A DNA stretch of 63,922 bases, counting the filler, from Octopus bimaculoides (taxonomy: Eukaryota), in the NCBI RefSeq assembly GCF_001194135.2. It is 6 parts of 6 records of this genome, joined end to end, with 100 filler letters (N's around TTAATTAATTAA, not from the genome) between each part and the next. Parts side by side here need not be neighbours in the genome. Positions count along the whole stretch, not along the records: positions 12,217 to 34,739 come from NC_069003.1; 5 more parts are not named here. One strand, given 5' to 3'. Each line of letters begins with the position of its first letter. The first letter of the stretch is position 1. The translations under genes and the position numbers were made by a program. The notes under the pieces are model-generated. The model did not search any database. It was given only the letters and a program-made list of their open reading frames with translations, and was not told the DNA's origin. Below, piece after piece: positions 12,173-24,796 of the stretch.

Positions 12173-12920
12173 NNNNNNNNNNNNNNNNNNNNNNNNNNNN
12201 NNNNNNNNNNNNNNNNAAAAAATTAAATTGAAATTATATGTATTAAAAAAAAATATACATAAAAAAATTCAAACCTTTCCTCTAAAAAAAAAAAAAAAAA
12301 CGACAATGCCGGCGAAGAAACCTTTTAAGATACCCCCTCCCCCTTAACACACAATCACTTCCTTCACAAATGACAAAAAAAATTAATAATAATAAGCTGC
12401 AGTCCCCTACCTATCCCAGCAAACACTTGACGAAGATATAATCTTATTAGTTATTTCTTATGTTACGTTTTGTTTTTTAACGTTCTGCGTTGCATCTTTG
12501 TCTGTGTAAAGTTGGTTTTTCGAAATATATATATATATATATATATAGTAGAGATCCAATGATCAGAATTACATAATAAACTCATACATGCAATAACTAT
12601 TTTCGTTGGCTTCTAGTTATTTCTACACTTTTGCTTTTTGCTGTTGTTTTTTTCCTTCATTCAAAATTATCTACAGAAGTGACTTCATGCAAAGAATATA
12701 TTTGCAAATTCATGTGTGTCTGTTTGTATATAAAAGGTGTATGAATGTATGTGTGTGTATATATATATATCGTTTTGTTGTCTGTAAAAAAAAAAAGTCC
12801 GCTTTTGTGCTTTATGTTCCCGTTCCTTTTCTGACGTCCTGTACCCGGATTTGCATCTATATACACATGTAGATGTAGGTATGTACATATATGTATACAT
12901 ACATATGCTCATATATCATT

Positions 12921-12963
<43 letters not shown>

Positions 12964-12969
12964 CGTTTA

Positions 12970-13157
12970 GGCGGCGAACTGGCAGAAACGTTAGCACACC
13001 GGGCGAAATGCTTAGCGGTATTTCGCCCGTCACTACGTTCTGAGGTCAACTTTGCCTTTCTTCCTTTCGGAGTCGATGAATTAAGTACCAGTTGCGTACT
13101 GGGGTCGATTTAATCGACTGGCCGCCTTCCCAAAAATTTCGGACCTTGTGCCTAGAG
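12970..13157 (+). mobile_element. SINE family A, alternative-tail subtype
   Basis: Family A head and centre, tail CCCAAAAATTTCGGACCTTGTGCCTAGAG. Confidence 0.88.
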
Positions 13158-14095
13158 NNNNNNNNNNNNNNNNNNNNNNNNNNNNNNNNNNNNNNNNNNN
13201 NNNNNNNNNNNNNNNNNNNNNNNNNNNNNNNNNNNNNNNNNNNNNNNNNNNNNNNNNNNNNNNNNNNNNNNNNNNNNNNNNNNNNNNNNNNNNNNNNNNN
13301 NNNNNNNNNNNNNNNNNNNNNNNNNNNNNNNNNNNNNNNNNNNNNNNNNNNNNNNNNNNNNNNNNNNNNNNNNNNNNNNNNNNNNNNNNNNNNNNNNNNN
13401 NNNNNNNNNNNNNNNNNNNNNNNNNNNNNNNNNNNNNNNNNNNNNNNNNNNNNNNNNNNNNNNNNNNNNNNNNNNNNNNNNNNNNNNNNNNNNNNNNNNN
13501 NNNNNNNNNNNNNNNNNNNNNNNNNNNNNNNNNNNNNNNNNNNNNNNNNNNNNNNNNNNNNNNNNNNNNNNNNNNNNNNNNNNNNNNNNNNNNNNNNNNN
13601 NNNNNNNNNNNNNNNNNNNNNNNNNNNNNNNNNNNNNNNNNNNNNNNNNNNNNNNNNNNNNNNNNNNNNNNNNNNNNNNNNNNNNNNNNNNNNNNNNNNN
13701 NNNNNNNNNNNNNNNNNNNNNNNNNNNNNNNNNNNNNNNNNNNNNNNNNNNNNNNNNNNNNNNNNNNNNNNNNNNNNNNNNNNNNNNNNNNNNNNNNNNN
13801 NNNNNNNNNNNNNNNNNNNNNNNNNNNNNNNNNNNNNNNNNNNNNNNNNNNNNNNNNNNNNNNNNNNNNNNNNNNNNNNNNNNNNNNNNNNNNNNNNNNN
13901 NNNNNNNNNNNNNNNNNNNNNNNNNNNNNNNNNNNNNNNNNNNNNNNNNNNNNNNNNNNNNNNNNNNNNNNNNNNNNNNNNNNNNNNNNNNNNNNNNNNN
14001 NNNNNNNNNNNNNNNNNNNNNNNNNNNNNNNNNNNNNNNNNNNNNNNNNNNNNNNNNNNNNNNNNNNNNNNNNNNNNNNNNNNNNNNNNNNNNNN

Positions 14096-14168
<73 letters not shown>

Positions 14169-14240
14169 ATATATATATACACATACATGTGTGCATGTAT
14201 GTATGTATGTATACATATATGTGTATGTGTGAGTATGTAT

Positions 14241-14460
14241 GTGTCTTTGAGAGTCTGTCCCCCCCCCCAATCACCGCTTGACAAGCGGTGTTGGTGTGTT
14301 TATGTCCCCGTAACTTACCGGTTTTGCAAAAAAGAGATCCTATAGATTAAGTACTGGGCTTTAAAAAAATAAGTCCCGAGGTAGATTTGTTCGACTAAAG
14401 ACCTTCAAGGTGTTGCTCCCTCATGGCCACAGCCAAATGACTGAATCGAGTAAGAGAATG
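14241..14460 (+). mobile_element. SINE family B 3' half
   Basis: ACCGCTTGACAAGCGGTGTTGGTGTGTTTATGTCCCCGTAACTTA...ATGACTGAATCGAGTAAGAG. Confidence 0.8.
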
Positions 14461-14920
14461 AAAGACAAGACATGCAAGATACTTGTCTGCGCAAAGTAGT
14501 TGTAGACTAGTCTGGTAACCAAGGCAATATGCATTCCCTGCTCGCAAATTAGTGCGGCTAAGAAGTTTTTGACCATCAGTATACGGGATATATTTTTTGA
14601 ATGTTTTCTCTTATAAACGGAGTTCAGACTTATCGTATTATGGTCAACTCGGCGCCTGGGGCACGTGCCCCCTTGCCCTTCCCCTTAATTACATCTATAC
14701 CTACAAATCAAAATATACCGTTGTGGATCACGAAGAAACACTTGTTAAAGTCATCTCTACAGATTTTCCATAGAAATTATAACCAGCTCTGATCTTGTTA
14801 CAACGTTTCGTATCCGAGACGTTTGTTGTAAGCAACAATGAGATCAGAAATGAAAAATGGTTAATGGACGTATATGCCATATTTTAGGAGTTTTTACTCC
14901 TTGTTCAGTGCCCATCAGCT

Positions 14921-15064
14921 ACGAACGAGAAAAAGTAGTTCCTTACCTTAATCAACCACGAACGAGAAAAAATAGTTCCCTGCCATAATAAACCACGAAC
15001 GAGGAAAAATCGTTCACTGCCTTAATCATCCAAGAACGAGAAAAAAATAGTTCCCTACCTTTAA
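14921..15064. repeat. 37-bp minisatellite, about 4 copies
   Basis: Units ACGAACGAGAAAAAATAGTTCCCTGCCTTAATCAACC start at 14921, 14958, 14995 and 15032. Confidence 0.9.
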
Positions 15065-15974
15065 AGCTCGTTTTTCGCTCTATCTAATCGTATTACTCTT
15101 TCCCTTTTTGAATAATTACGCCATTTTTTTTTCGGGAACGTTGAATACAACATGGACAAAAATCAAATTCGTACAATTTTCTTATTCGAGTTCAAACTAG
15201 GCCAAAAAGCTGCTGAAACAGTTCGTAATATCAACGATGTGTTTGGCCTAGGAACCACTAATGAACGTACAGCACAATGGTGGTTCAAGAAATTTCGTAG
15301 CGGTGACGAGAGTCTTGAAGATGATAAGCGTAGTGGTCGGCCATCGGATGTTGACGACGATCAACTAAGAGCCTTAGTCGAAGCCTATCCACGCTCAAAT
15401 GTTAGAGAGCTTGCTTGTGAATTAGACGCAACGTACACAATTTCCAACCACTTGAAAGAGATTGGAAAAACAAAAATACTTGAGAAATGGGTGAGCACGA
15501 ATTGAACGACAACCAAAAAAATAACGCCGTTTTGAAACGTCGTCTTCCCTTCTTTTACGCAACAACAACGACCCGTTTCTCGACCGGATTGTGACTTGCG
15601 ATGAAAAGTGGATTCTTTACGACAACTGGCGACGCTCAGCTCAGTGGCTGGACGCCGACGAAGCTCCACGGCACTCCCGAAGCCAAAGTTGCGGCCGGCC
15701 TCATCCATCACAGCTTTTTGGATCCAGGCGAAACCATTACGGCGAAGAAGTACTGTCAGCAAATGGATGAAATGCATAAGAAACGGTGCCAAACACACCT
15801 TCAACGACTTCATTGTCACCAGAACGCAGGATTTTTTACGCTACTGGCATAAATAAACTTGTTTCGCGTTGGCAAAAGTGCGTTGACTCTGATGGCGTTT
15901 ATTTCGATTAATAAAGTTTTGTTTGAGCCGAGATATGTGCTAAAAACGGCAAGAACTTTATTGACAACCTAATA
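15065..15974 (+). mobile_element. Mariner transposon relic, Hsmar1/cecropia-like, internally deleted and frameshifted
   Basis: ORF 15152 MDKNQIRTIFLFEFKLGQKAAETVRNIN...WFKKFRSGDESLED...RSGRPS; IVTCDEKW at about 15590; C-terminus YATGINKLVSRWQKCVDSDGVYFD*; right TIR ...AAAAACGGCAAGAACTTTATTGACAACCTAATA. The HDNA and SPDL motifs and the left TIR are absent. Confidence 0.92.
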
Positions 15975-16209
15975 CTTCAATGAAATGGTCACACCAACAA
16001 AACAATAGGCTCTGTTGTGGGTCAATAAGAAATGGTAAACAATTTCGAGGAATTTTTTTTTAAAGTATTGTAACCTTCAGGTAGATTATTAAAAAGTGGA
16101 TCCCCAGTAATATAACTGAGCAATGTTATCTTAACTATTTGCCTAATGCTATGCAATGTTACAAGACGAATGGTTAAGAGATTTACGCACCGTATCACTG
16201 ACACACAAC

Positions 16210-16538
16210 CAGTAGCGTAGCTAGGGTAAATTGCGCCCGGAGCAAGCTGCAAAAATGCGCCCCATCCCCCAATTACAAAATCTACGATATTATATAGTAC
16301 TTATTTGTTACAAGTAATTAATGCTTTAAAGCAATAATATTTTAGGAATAAATACTATACCAGGGTTCATTTATCTGCCGGTTCGGTACAATTCAAAATA
16401 TATATTTTTTAACGTCTACTTTCATAAATTTTATAAATGGAATTCAAGCTTATCGTATTAAGGTCAATTCTGCATCCCACTTCAATTGGCGCCTGGGGCA
16501 CGAACCCCACCACCCAGTTATGCTACAGCACGCTACTG
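16210..16538. mobile_element. hAT-like MITE
   Basis: Termini CAGTAGCGT...ACGCTACTG (9-bp inverted). Subterminal TTATCGTATTA...GGCGCCTGGGGCACG recurs at about 14625-14670. No TSD seen. Confidence 0.5.
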
Positions 16539-17520
16539 CTCTTAGTGAATGCAGCAAAAGGAAGAGAGAATACAATTATGTCTATAATCAGGACCGTCTT
16601 AACAGCTTTGTAGTGCCTCCACTCCATCAGGGCAAATCAATGTAACAGGCCTTATAGTATTTTTAATTTATTTATTGACAGTCAGCTATGACATACGTGG
16701 ATTAGAACTTGGCCCTTAGACAACTGAAGTAACATCTGAAGGAGCTTAAACACATCCAAGTGTAGAAATCATACAAACTGAGACATTGGCACTCAAAACA
16801 GTTTTTTTTTTTTTAATCATCAAATCCTGTCGTGCCATTGAACGGCACCTCAAATGGCACTGTCTATGCTTCCACTGATACCGAACGATTTGATCTTTCG
16901 GCTTAAGAGATTTCAGTTTCCAAAATACCGAAGTTTCGCCATGACGATCAATAAATTCCAAATGAAAACGCTGCTGACTGCATCTTGTAGAGTACTACTT
17001 TCCTAATGAGCAATTTTATATGGGTTGCTCGAGTGATGCGATCTTCTGAATTCCTTATTCATGTCCCTAGATGGTAAAACCCAAAATGTCCAGTGTCCCA
17101 AGTCCTCAAACAGAGCTCAGAATTACCAACCCTAAGTTGGCTAGAAGTACAAAGGTGTAAGCTTAATTCATCACAACTATATATATATATAGTTCAAAAA
17201 AACAATAACAAAAAAACAAGAGGTTGTATTAACCTCATGAATGGATAGATTCATCCAAGGATATACTGGTTCAGTACCTAGTATTTGGGGGGAATTAATT
17301 TCTTTACAATCAGTGCCCGGCCTGAGAACGCGCAAGAGTACATACCTCATGCCATGTGAAAATTATTAAAATGGCCACAGTGAGCAGGCCGACTGGTTGG
17401 TTGAATTTTGAAATCATTCAGAACATAGGTTTTGGGGATTCTTTCCTAAGTTGATTCTGTCCAATCAACGCTCATCTGAATCGTTCTTCTGAACTTCATA
17501 AGCGTCCTATCAGATTTTCA

Positions 17521-18680
17521 TTAGTCTTTCGAATGCCTATCAAACCATTTCCTGTGGGCAAAAGACGGATTTCTCTTCACCTGAGATGGTCTCACTTTCA
17601 TGAGAAACATACTGCTCCGAACCAGATAGGAGTCTGTTTCCCCGAGACGGAAACAAGAGAAGGGTTCCTCTTCACGTGAAATAAGTTCTCCCTCATCGGA
17701 AATCATCTCCTTGCCGGAGAAGGTATCCTTTTCTCGGTAGATGTAACCCTCCTCGCCTTTTTTTCGTTGATTTTCTTTTTAACACGTGTATCATCTCCTG
17801 TGTCCTCCGTTTGTTCTCCATCCTCATTAGTAGATGTGCCTCGAGCTACTGTGAGGAGAATCTTCCTGGGGATTTAGTTCTCGCTGTTGTTACTGTTATA
17901 GTGGATGATCTTCGTTGCCTCCATATGTTGAGGCTGAGGGTTAGGGTTAGGGTTAGCTGAGAGACGGAATTCTTCAATCTCAGCTGCTTGCAGTGAGGAC
18001 GGTGCGATATTTTTGACGGCTCCAAAGTTTTACTCGATGCTACCTTAAAATCAGCAACTTCCAGAATCTATTTTTGTGGTCGTATTTGTCTTTTTGGTCA
18101 GAAAGCTCTTAAATGAAGTTTTGCTGCCACAAATGTGGCAATTGGTCCTTTTTCCATAACTGAGTTTTAAGGCCTTCCTCTCATACCCTCTACAACCCTG
18201 GTATTTGGGAAGATTTGGCGAGATCATGAGGACTTCTATGCCAAAGGTGACCCCTCGCCACCTACATGACGCCGAAAATTACGCCCGTGCTGACCACCAA
18301 GGTATATTATTTAATGAGACTAACTACTAAGCTAGGGACTGACGTCACCAACAATGTCCATGAAAGAGTAATTCTTGTGTTTCTTCTTCCCATATAATGT
18401 AAGACCAGATTATGAGCAGTTGTGTCATGTAAAATTTGAACTTGCGCTTTAGCTCCGTCCTCTGTTTTAAAGAGGACATATACAGTGCCATCCATTTTGA
18501 AATAAAAGAGATTTCGCTCAAAGTATCTTCGACAACCGTCTCCAATTCTTGCTTCATTGGCTTAAGGAAATCCCCCGTGGCCCGACTAAGGCAGTAGATC
18601 CCTTTCCTCCTCACGTGAGCGTCTTGGACTGGCGCCTGTCTTGAGGATGAAATGCTTCCAAACTTTAGTTCTGCCAACAA
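17521..18680 (-). mobile_element. Degenerate LINE ORF1 (gag-like) relic, tentative
   Basis: Broken ORFs ...RATGDFLKPMKQELETVVEDTLSEISFISK / GTVYVLFKTEDGAKAQ...YMGRR, and a downstream NCHICG knuckle-like motif. Family recognition is from memory only. Confidence 0.4.
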
Positions 18681-18747
18681 AAGGTTTCACAAGTAAGAGT
18701 TTATTCGTTCGAAAGAAAGTTATGAATGCGTGTCGCATAGTAATTAT

Positions 18748-18945
18748 GATGTTGCACTCAACGATCGTAAGAACGTGGTTTCAATTTCTGGACTGGGTGG
18801 TCCATTGTGGCCTTGAACAAAGCAGTTCATTTCACGTCGCTCCAGTCCACTCGTCTGTAAAATGGGTGCCAACAATAACTGGGAATTAATCCTGCGATGG
18901 ACCGGCGTCACTTTGCATGCCATGGAAACCGGGTTCAGGTCAGGC
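18748..18945 (+). mobile_element. Old tRNA/CORE-like SINE (family C related)
   Basis: GTGGTTTCAATTTCTGGACTGG head remnant; CCTTGAACAAAGCAGTTCATTTCAC...CTGTAAAATGGG resembles the CORE domain. A related copy lies at 32180-32298 (-). Confidence 0.6.
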
Positions 18946-19667
18946 ATTTGTAAGCCCTAGGGTTCGTAACAGGCATTTATCTGAGTCCATGTTGAATATC
19001 AGACTTCGTCAAACACCTGAACGAATCGTTGCGATGGAAGAATGAAGACATCCATACTTTCTCTTAAATAAAAAAAAAAAATAAAAAAAGAAAGAAAAGG
19101 CTATTGAAGGTAAAACTCCAATATGGCGTCGAGCAAATTTATCAAAATTTGACACGCAAATTTCCAAACCTGTAGCTATTAAGCTTGTATTGATAAGACG
19201 AATTACGAAATAGTCTACTCGTTCCGTGACTGCTGCTTAGATCCGGTATAACATATCTCTTTCAATTGCAAACATCGAGGCCATTTCAATGGTGTCGAAT
19301 GTCAATCTCGTTTCCGCAAATAGTGCAGATTTTATTGTTGTTGTTGTTGTTTGTTCTTGCTTTGGCTGTTGTTATTGTTGTTGTCGGTGGTGCTGCCGTT
19401 GTTGTTGTTAATATTGCTTTGTTTTTCTTTTGATTGTATACATTTGTTTTTGGTTTGTTTTGCCTTTTGTTTTGTTTCGGTTTTTCTATTTTTGTTTTCG
19501 GTATTTGTCTTGTATCAAAACTAGTGAACTAAAAGCATTTCATATCAAATATCTGCATTTTTTGTTGTTTTTTATTCTAAACTGGATAATTACGCGTCAG
19601 ATATATACATACACACATACATACGTGAATACAAATGTATATATAAATATATATATACATGTGCGAG

Positions 19668-19712
<45 letters not shown>

Positions 19713-20017
19713 GTGTGTGGAGGGGTGTATCTGTATACATATATATATGTATATACAGGTATATATATGTATCTTTAGATATATACTTGTATATGTATGT
19801 ATATATTTAAATATATACGTATCTTTATAGATATATGTGTGTGTGTATATACATGTATATATATATATATATCTATGCGCATGCATATATATGTATATAT
19901 ATATATATCTATGTGTATGCATATATATAAGGATGTGTGTGTGTGTGCATGGATGGATGCATGTGCACGTATGCGTGTATGCATTAGTACATCATAATAC
20001 CTACAACACACACACAC

Positions 20018-20053
<36 letters not shown>

Positions 20054-20350
20054 TCTTTTTTTTTATACACAACAATCATTTTGCCACGAGAGAGAATCAA
20101 ATAAGAAAATAACCAAAATATAGCGATTTTGTAAATCTGTATGTAGTTAAACTCGGTTTTTATTAGTAAATATTGTAACAAATATTTCAAGAAAATTGCA
20201 CAAGGCATTACTAGCTCGTATCGCTAGTCTGTACTTAAGCAAAAATATGAGAAACACAGCCTGAAAGAGGGATTTGAGGACACTTAATTATCAGTACCTA
20301 ACTCTCTCCTCATCAATTAAAAGGTTTTCTTTCTTTCTTTCAAATCCCTC

Positions 20351-21139
20351 ATGGCAGATAAAATGCTAACAGAGGAAATGAAAAAATTCACTGTCCTTAT
20401 AGCCACGTGTGTGGAACACAGCGATTTAGAAATTGCCATCTTGCTAAATTTTGCAAGATTTTTAGTACAGAAAGTCGGGATGAAATTGGAAGCGTCTGGT
20501 GGGACTCTTTCAACTGTATCAAAGAGAAAAAAGTCGTTCTATATGTTCGGACATTATAAGGACAGCGCATTTCATCCAACGGCTTTAAAACATCGATGAC
20601 GATCCTGGAGAATTCATGAGGGCTATCGCCAAAGGTCTTCAGGTGTCAAGGATGACTATCAAAACTGTAGTGCACGACGATGTAATCGTATTTACTATGG
20701 CGAGACCAATTCATGTCTGCAAAAACACAGGGAAACCGTTTGATCCGCACTAAGCTGTTACTTAGCAATGTGAAAAAAAAACCCTCTCAAATATGGCATA
20801 CTTTGGATCTTCCCTGATAAGGAAAACTTCGACTAAGTCCAAAAGTCTAACAGGAGAAATGACAGATGGTTAAATGCAGATCCTTCAGGCGTCCCCTGAA
20901 TGATTCACACTAAATCTTCTGATAGTATGATGGTTGTAGGATTGTTGAGTCATGTCAAACCAGCTCCACAATGTCTTAGAATTAATGCTGCTGGATATGT
21001 TGCAGAGCCGGAGACTTATGTACTAAATGGATGAAGTACGTATTAGAAGGCCATACTGGTTTCAACAAGACTTAGCACCTAGACAATAAAACCTGGAAGA
21101 TCCTGACATCGAACTGTCGACATTTTCGGTTGCACCTTA
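20351..21139 (+). mobile_element. maT/DD37D-like Tc1-mariner transposase relic
   Basis: Fragments IDDDPGEFMRAIAKGLQVSRMTIKTVVHDD, WIFPDKENFD*VQKSNRRNDRWL, HTKSSDSMMVVG and FQQD; many stops and frameshifts. Confidence 0.7.
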
Positions 21140-21285
21140 CGTCTCTAAAGGCTTTAATTGTGCACTTTATTAGGCTTTTTGTTGAAATGTTTCGCTTTTG
21201 GATTGCATACACAAATATCTTTCGAAGTGTGATTCAATGTAGTAGTCCCGGGTTCAAGAAAGACTGCACTTCATGTCGATAGTGG

Positions 21286-21692
21286 TTTCAGATTTTGGCA
21301 CAAAGCCAGCAGTTTGGGGTAAGGGATCAAGTCATTTAAATCGACCTCAGTGTTCAACTGGTATTCATTTTATCGACCTTTAAGGACGAAAGGCAAATTC
21401 AACCTCGACGGAATTTGAACCCAGAACGTAAAAACGGGCGAAACGCCGCTAAGCGTCTTGCCCGGCGTGCTAACGATTTTCTTTTCTATTCTCGGTACAA
21501 GGCCAGAAATTTTGGGAGAAGGAGCCAGTCGATTAGATTGACCCCAGTACGCAACTGGTACTTAATTTATCGACGCCGAAAGGATGAAAGGCAAAGTCGA
21601 CCTCGGCGGAATTTGAACTCAGAACGTAAAGGCAGACGAAATACCGCCAAGCATTTCGCCCGGTTTGCTAACGTTTCTGCCAGCTCGCTGCC
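21286..21692 (-). mobile_element. Two adjacent/nested family A SINEs (about 21286-21478 and 21483-21692)
   Basis: Two successive AATTTGAAC(C/T)CAGAACGTAAA...GCTAACG blocks; the left copy lacks its extreme 5' end. Confidence 0.88.
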
Positions 21693-21789
21693 CTGAATAT
21701 CGGAAGGATATTTTTCTCTTCGCTTTTCAGCTCTAAGTTTATGCATGTAGTTTTGCTACTGTTGTTTAACAAATGCCATCCGAGTAATA

Positions 21790-22075
21790 CAATACGACAT
21801 TCGACAGCTGCCTGCGTTGATCGCCAGCCTCAATCTCCTTCATCTCTTAAATAAAGCTTGGCCAATGTTTCTGTGGAAGTTTCCAGTCGATGACAGGTTC
21901 TTAAGGTTTTAATGACTATGGAGTGAATTACCTCTACAGAGAAGCCAAGTATCCTAAATGCTGGAAACAGCACTGGTACTGCAAACGCATTGAGGAATGT
22001 TGTCTTGTTATAAAATGAGAGATCATGTTTGTCTAATCCTGATGTAATATTTTCGGGTTACTTTATCTTTCCTAG
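21790..22075 (-). mobile_element. Old R4/Dong-like RT thumb fragment
   Basis: KDKVTRKYYIRIRQ (frameshift) DLSFYNKTTFLNAFAVPVLFPAFRILGF...LAKLYLRDEG aligns by eye with KEKIKKEYYRRVRS...ELNAKNKIMGINTLAVPVISYSYNIL of the 1-410 copy. Confidence 0.6.
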
Positions 22076-22409
22076 GCTATTTGTGTGGAATAGGAAAGAC
22101 AGAGATACCAGTGATACACAGGTTTTGGGTTGGTAGGACTGATGTTTATACGTACATATGTATATATAGAAGTATGTACATACTAAAACCGGATCCCTCT
22201 AAACGCGCATTTTTTTTTTAATTCATTGCTTTAAAAAGGCAAAATTAAAACAACAAAACCTGCAAAAGACTCCATTATGTATAATTTATTGTTCTCAACT
22301 ATTCTATAGAGAAAATTCCATAGAATTATTTGGCTGGGTAACTATGAAGAAAACTGACAAAAGAGGAGAAGGGTGAGAGAGGGAGAGAGAGAGAAAGAGA
22401 GAGAGAGAA

Positions 22410-22447
<38 letters not shown>

Positions 22448-23038
22448 GAAACTGTATCAGTAAGATTGAGAGCGAGTGTGCGAGAGAAATAGTGAGAGAG
22501 AGGGAGAACATAATTTTTGTATAGACTAAAATGTAAATATATTAATATGTCTGATTACATTATATATATAATATGAATGTGTGTGTGTATGTGTGTGTGA
22601 GTTTAACATTAAAACGCATAAATATAATTGTCTTTGAAAACATGTCATTCACTATATCTAACGCTATATAAATGTTTACATGCATGAATATATATATGTC
22701 TATATACGTCTGTGTATATAGGTAAGGACGTATCTATGCAAGCATATATATGTATGTATGTATATAAATGAATGTCTCCATATAGCTTTGTGTGCATGAA
22801 TACATGTATGTTTAAATATTTTATATACATTAATGATGTATTTATATATACATTTATGTGTATGTCTTTAAACATAAGTATGTTAGTTGGTATGCGTGCA
22901 TGGATGGATGTACGTAAGTATGTTAGTTAAATGTATGTCGGTATGTTTATTATTCTATACAAATTCTGAGCTTTTCTTTTTTTTTTTTAAAGAACAAACA
23001 CATCCTCGTGTGTACACTCACGCACGTGCTGTGTGAAG

Positions 23039-23240
23039 AGGCGCAGACGTGGCTGTGTGACTAAGAGGCTTGCTTCACAACCACGTGATCTTGGGTTCAG
23101 TCCCGTTGCGCGGTTTTCATGGACTAGTGCCTTCCACACCGCGAGGCAACCAAAGCATTGTGAGTGGATTTGGTAAACGGAAACCACTCACCCACTGAAC
23201 CCGGGACCATGTGGTTGGTAAGCAAGCTACTTACCACGGA
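23039..23240. mobile_element. Family B SINE 5' half (+) abutting an inverted family B head fragment (-)
   Basis: GGCGCAGACGTGGCTGTGTG...GGTAAACGGAAAC followed by CTGAACCCGGGACCATGTGGTTGGTAAGCAAGCTACTTACCAC. Confidence 0.8.
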
Positions 23241-23318
23241 CTTTTTCCAACTACCGCTGTTTCCTCAAAAAGGGGTCTTCAACCCGAAATATAGAAATTC
23301 TTTAAAACATTATATATA

Positions 23319-23447
23319 TATTTGGTCATCCCATAAATAATGCTGCTTTTTATTTCTTTTATATTTCAAAATTAAGAAAAACAATCCCCCTCCGACTTTT
23401 AGTTCATGCAATTTAAAAAACCGCATTATTTATGTCATGACCCAATA
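23319..23447. mobile_element. Mariner-type MITE
   Basis: TATTTGGTCATCCCATAAATAATGC ... GCATTATTTATGTCATGACCCAATA are imperfect TIRs with TA ends. Confidence 0.8.
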
Positions 23448-23610
23448 TATCATATTTTATATATATATATATATACATGCTAATACATGACCCACGTTGG
23501 ACTCTTCATTCGTATCATTATCGAACCTGGAGCTTAACAATGGTCTATCCATAGCGCTTACTTAGCATAATCTAACACCATTTGGGACTTAGCACCAATA
23601 CCTCTCATAC

Positions 23611-23648
<38 letters not shown>

Positions 23649-24148
23649 TGNNNNNNNNNNNNNNNNNNNNNNNNNNNNNNNNNNNNNNNNNNNNNNNNNN
23701 NNNNNNNNNNNNNNNNNNNNNNNNNNNNNNNNNNNNNNNNNNNNNNNNNNNNNNNNNNNNNNNNNNNNNNNNNNNNNNNNNNNNNNNNNNNNNNNNNNNN
23801 NNNNNNNNNNNNNNNNNNNNNNNNNNNNNNNNNNNNNNNNNNNNNNNNNNNNNNNNNNNNNNNNNNNNNNNNNNNNNNNNNNNNNNNNNNNNNNNNNNNN
23901 NNNNNNNNNNNNNNNNNNNNNNNNNNNNNNNNNNNNNNNNNNNNNNNNNNNNNNNNNNNNNNNNNNNNNNNNNNNNNNNNNNNNNNNNNNNNNNNNNNNN
24001 NNNNNNNNNNNNNNNNNNNNNNNNNNNNNNNNNNNNNNNNNNNNNNNNNNNNNNNNNNNNNNNNNNNNNNNNNNNNNNNNNNNNNNNNNNNNNNNNNNNN
24101 NNNNNNNNNNNNNNNNNNNNNNNNTATTATTAACCACTACGCCACTAT

Positions 24149-24358
24149 GGGTATATGGTGTAGTGGTTAAGAGCGCGGGCTACTAACCCCAAGATTCCGA
24201 GTTCGATTCCAGGCAGTGACCTGAATAATGATAATAATAACAACAACAACGAAAAATACCTTAAGAATGAGAACCCAAGTTCGAAATTTCCTCAAGACAC
24301 ATGATGAAGGCTGGAGGGTATATCAGCCGAAACGTTCTGTTAACAAGAAACAAGATGA
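24149..24358 (+). mobile_element. Family D SINE copy B (3'-truncated), preceded by inverted head fragment 24130-24144
   Basis: A-box TGGTGTAGTGG, B-box GAGTTCGATTCC, (TAA/CAA)n, then the hammerhead-like tail with core mismatches. Confidence 0.88.
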
Positions 24359-24670
24359 CAAAGTACCGAAATACCCACATGCACACCCCCCCACACCCCA
24401 CACACACACACACAAAACTCAAAGGCCCAACCTGCTACCCAGATGCAGTTATAAACATAACCGCAATCAATACGAACAGCAATAACTTAGTACAAATGAT
24501 GAGCAAAAATGAAAACATATCCCCATATGAAGCCCCAACGCTCCCAAACACACCGGAAACTATAAAATATATATATATATATATAGACATGTCATACATA
24601 GATTTAAAAGGAAAATATCCAAATGACGTAGGACAATTAGAGAGCACTTTTAGGAAACATCTCAATACTT

Positions 24671-24794
24671 TATTTACATTTGACGGATATTAGTCCTGGT
24701 CTTGTCTGTTGTTAACACAACGTTTCGGCTGGTATACCCTCCAGCCTTCATCGGGTGTCTTGGGGGAAATTTCGAACCACTACGCCATATGCCC
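24671..24794 (-). mobile_element. Family D SINE copy C (inverted, internally deleted)
   Basis: Tail 24671-24777 is joined directly to a 20-nt head at GAAATTTCG|AACCACTACGCCATATGCCC. Confidence 0.85.
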
Positions 24795-24796
24795 AA

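Noticed and set aside
14787-14849. Imperfect hairpin containing ACGTTTCG (miRNA- or ribozyme-like)
   Set aside because: No CUGANGA core in the right position and large asymmetric bulges; single occurrence.
16590-17135. Possible hAT element fragments (CAGGACCGTCTTAAC; ORF 16746-16961)
   Set aside because: No matching TIR pair or recognisable catalytic motif could be confirmed by eye.
17938-17956. (TTAGGG)3 telomere-like repeat
   Set aside because: Only three units, within a putative ORF1 relic where the minus strand can read PNPNPQPQ; insufficient for an interstitial telomere.
24149-24225. SINE heads as genuine tRNA genes (families A-D)
   Set aside because: A/B boxes are present but acceptor stems do not close and heads run into SINE bodies. 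The family D loop CT-ACT-AA only loosely recalls tRNA-Ser(GCT).
24435-24693. ORF MMSKNENISPYEAPTLPNTPET...
   Set aside because: Short, crosses a (TA)n tract and SINE boundaries; no recognisable domain.
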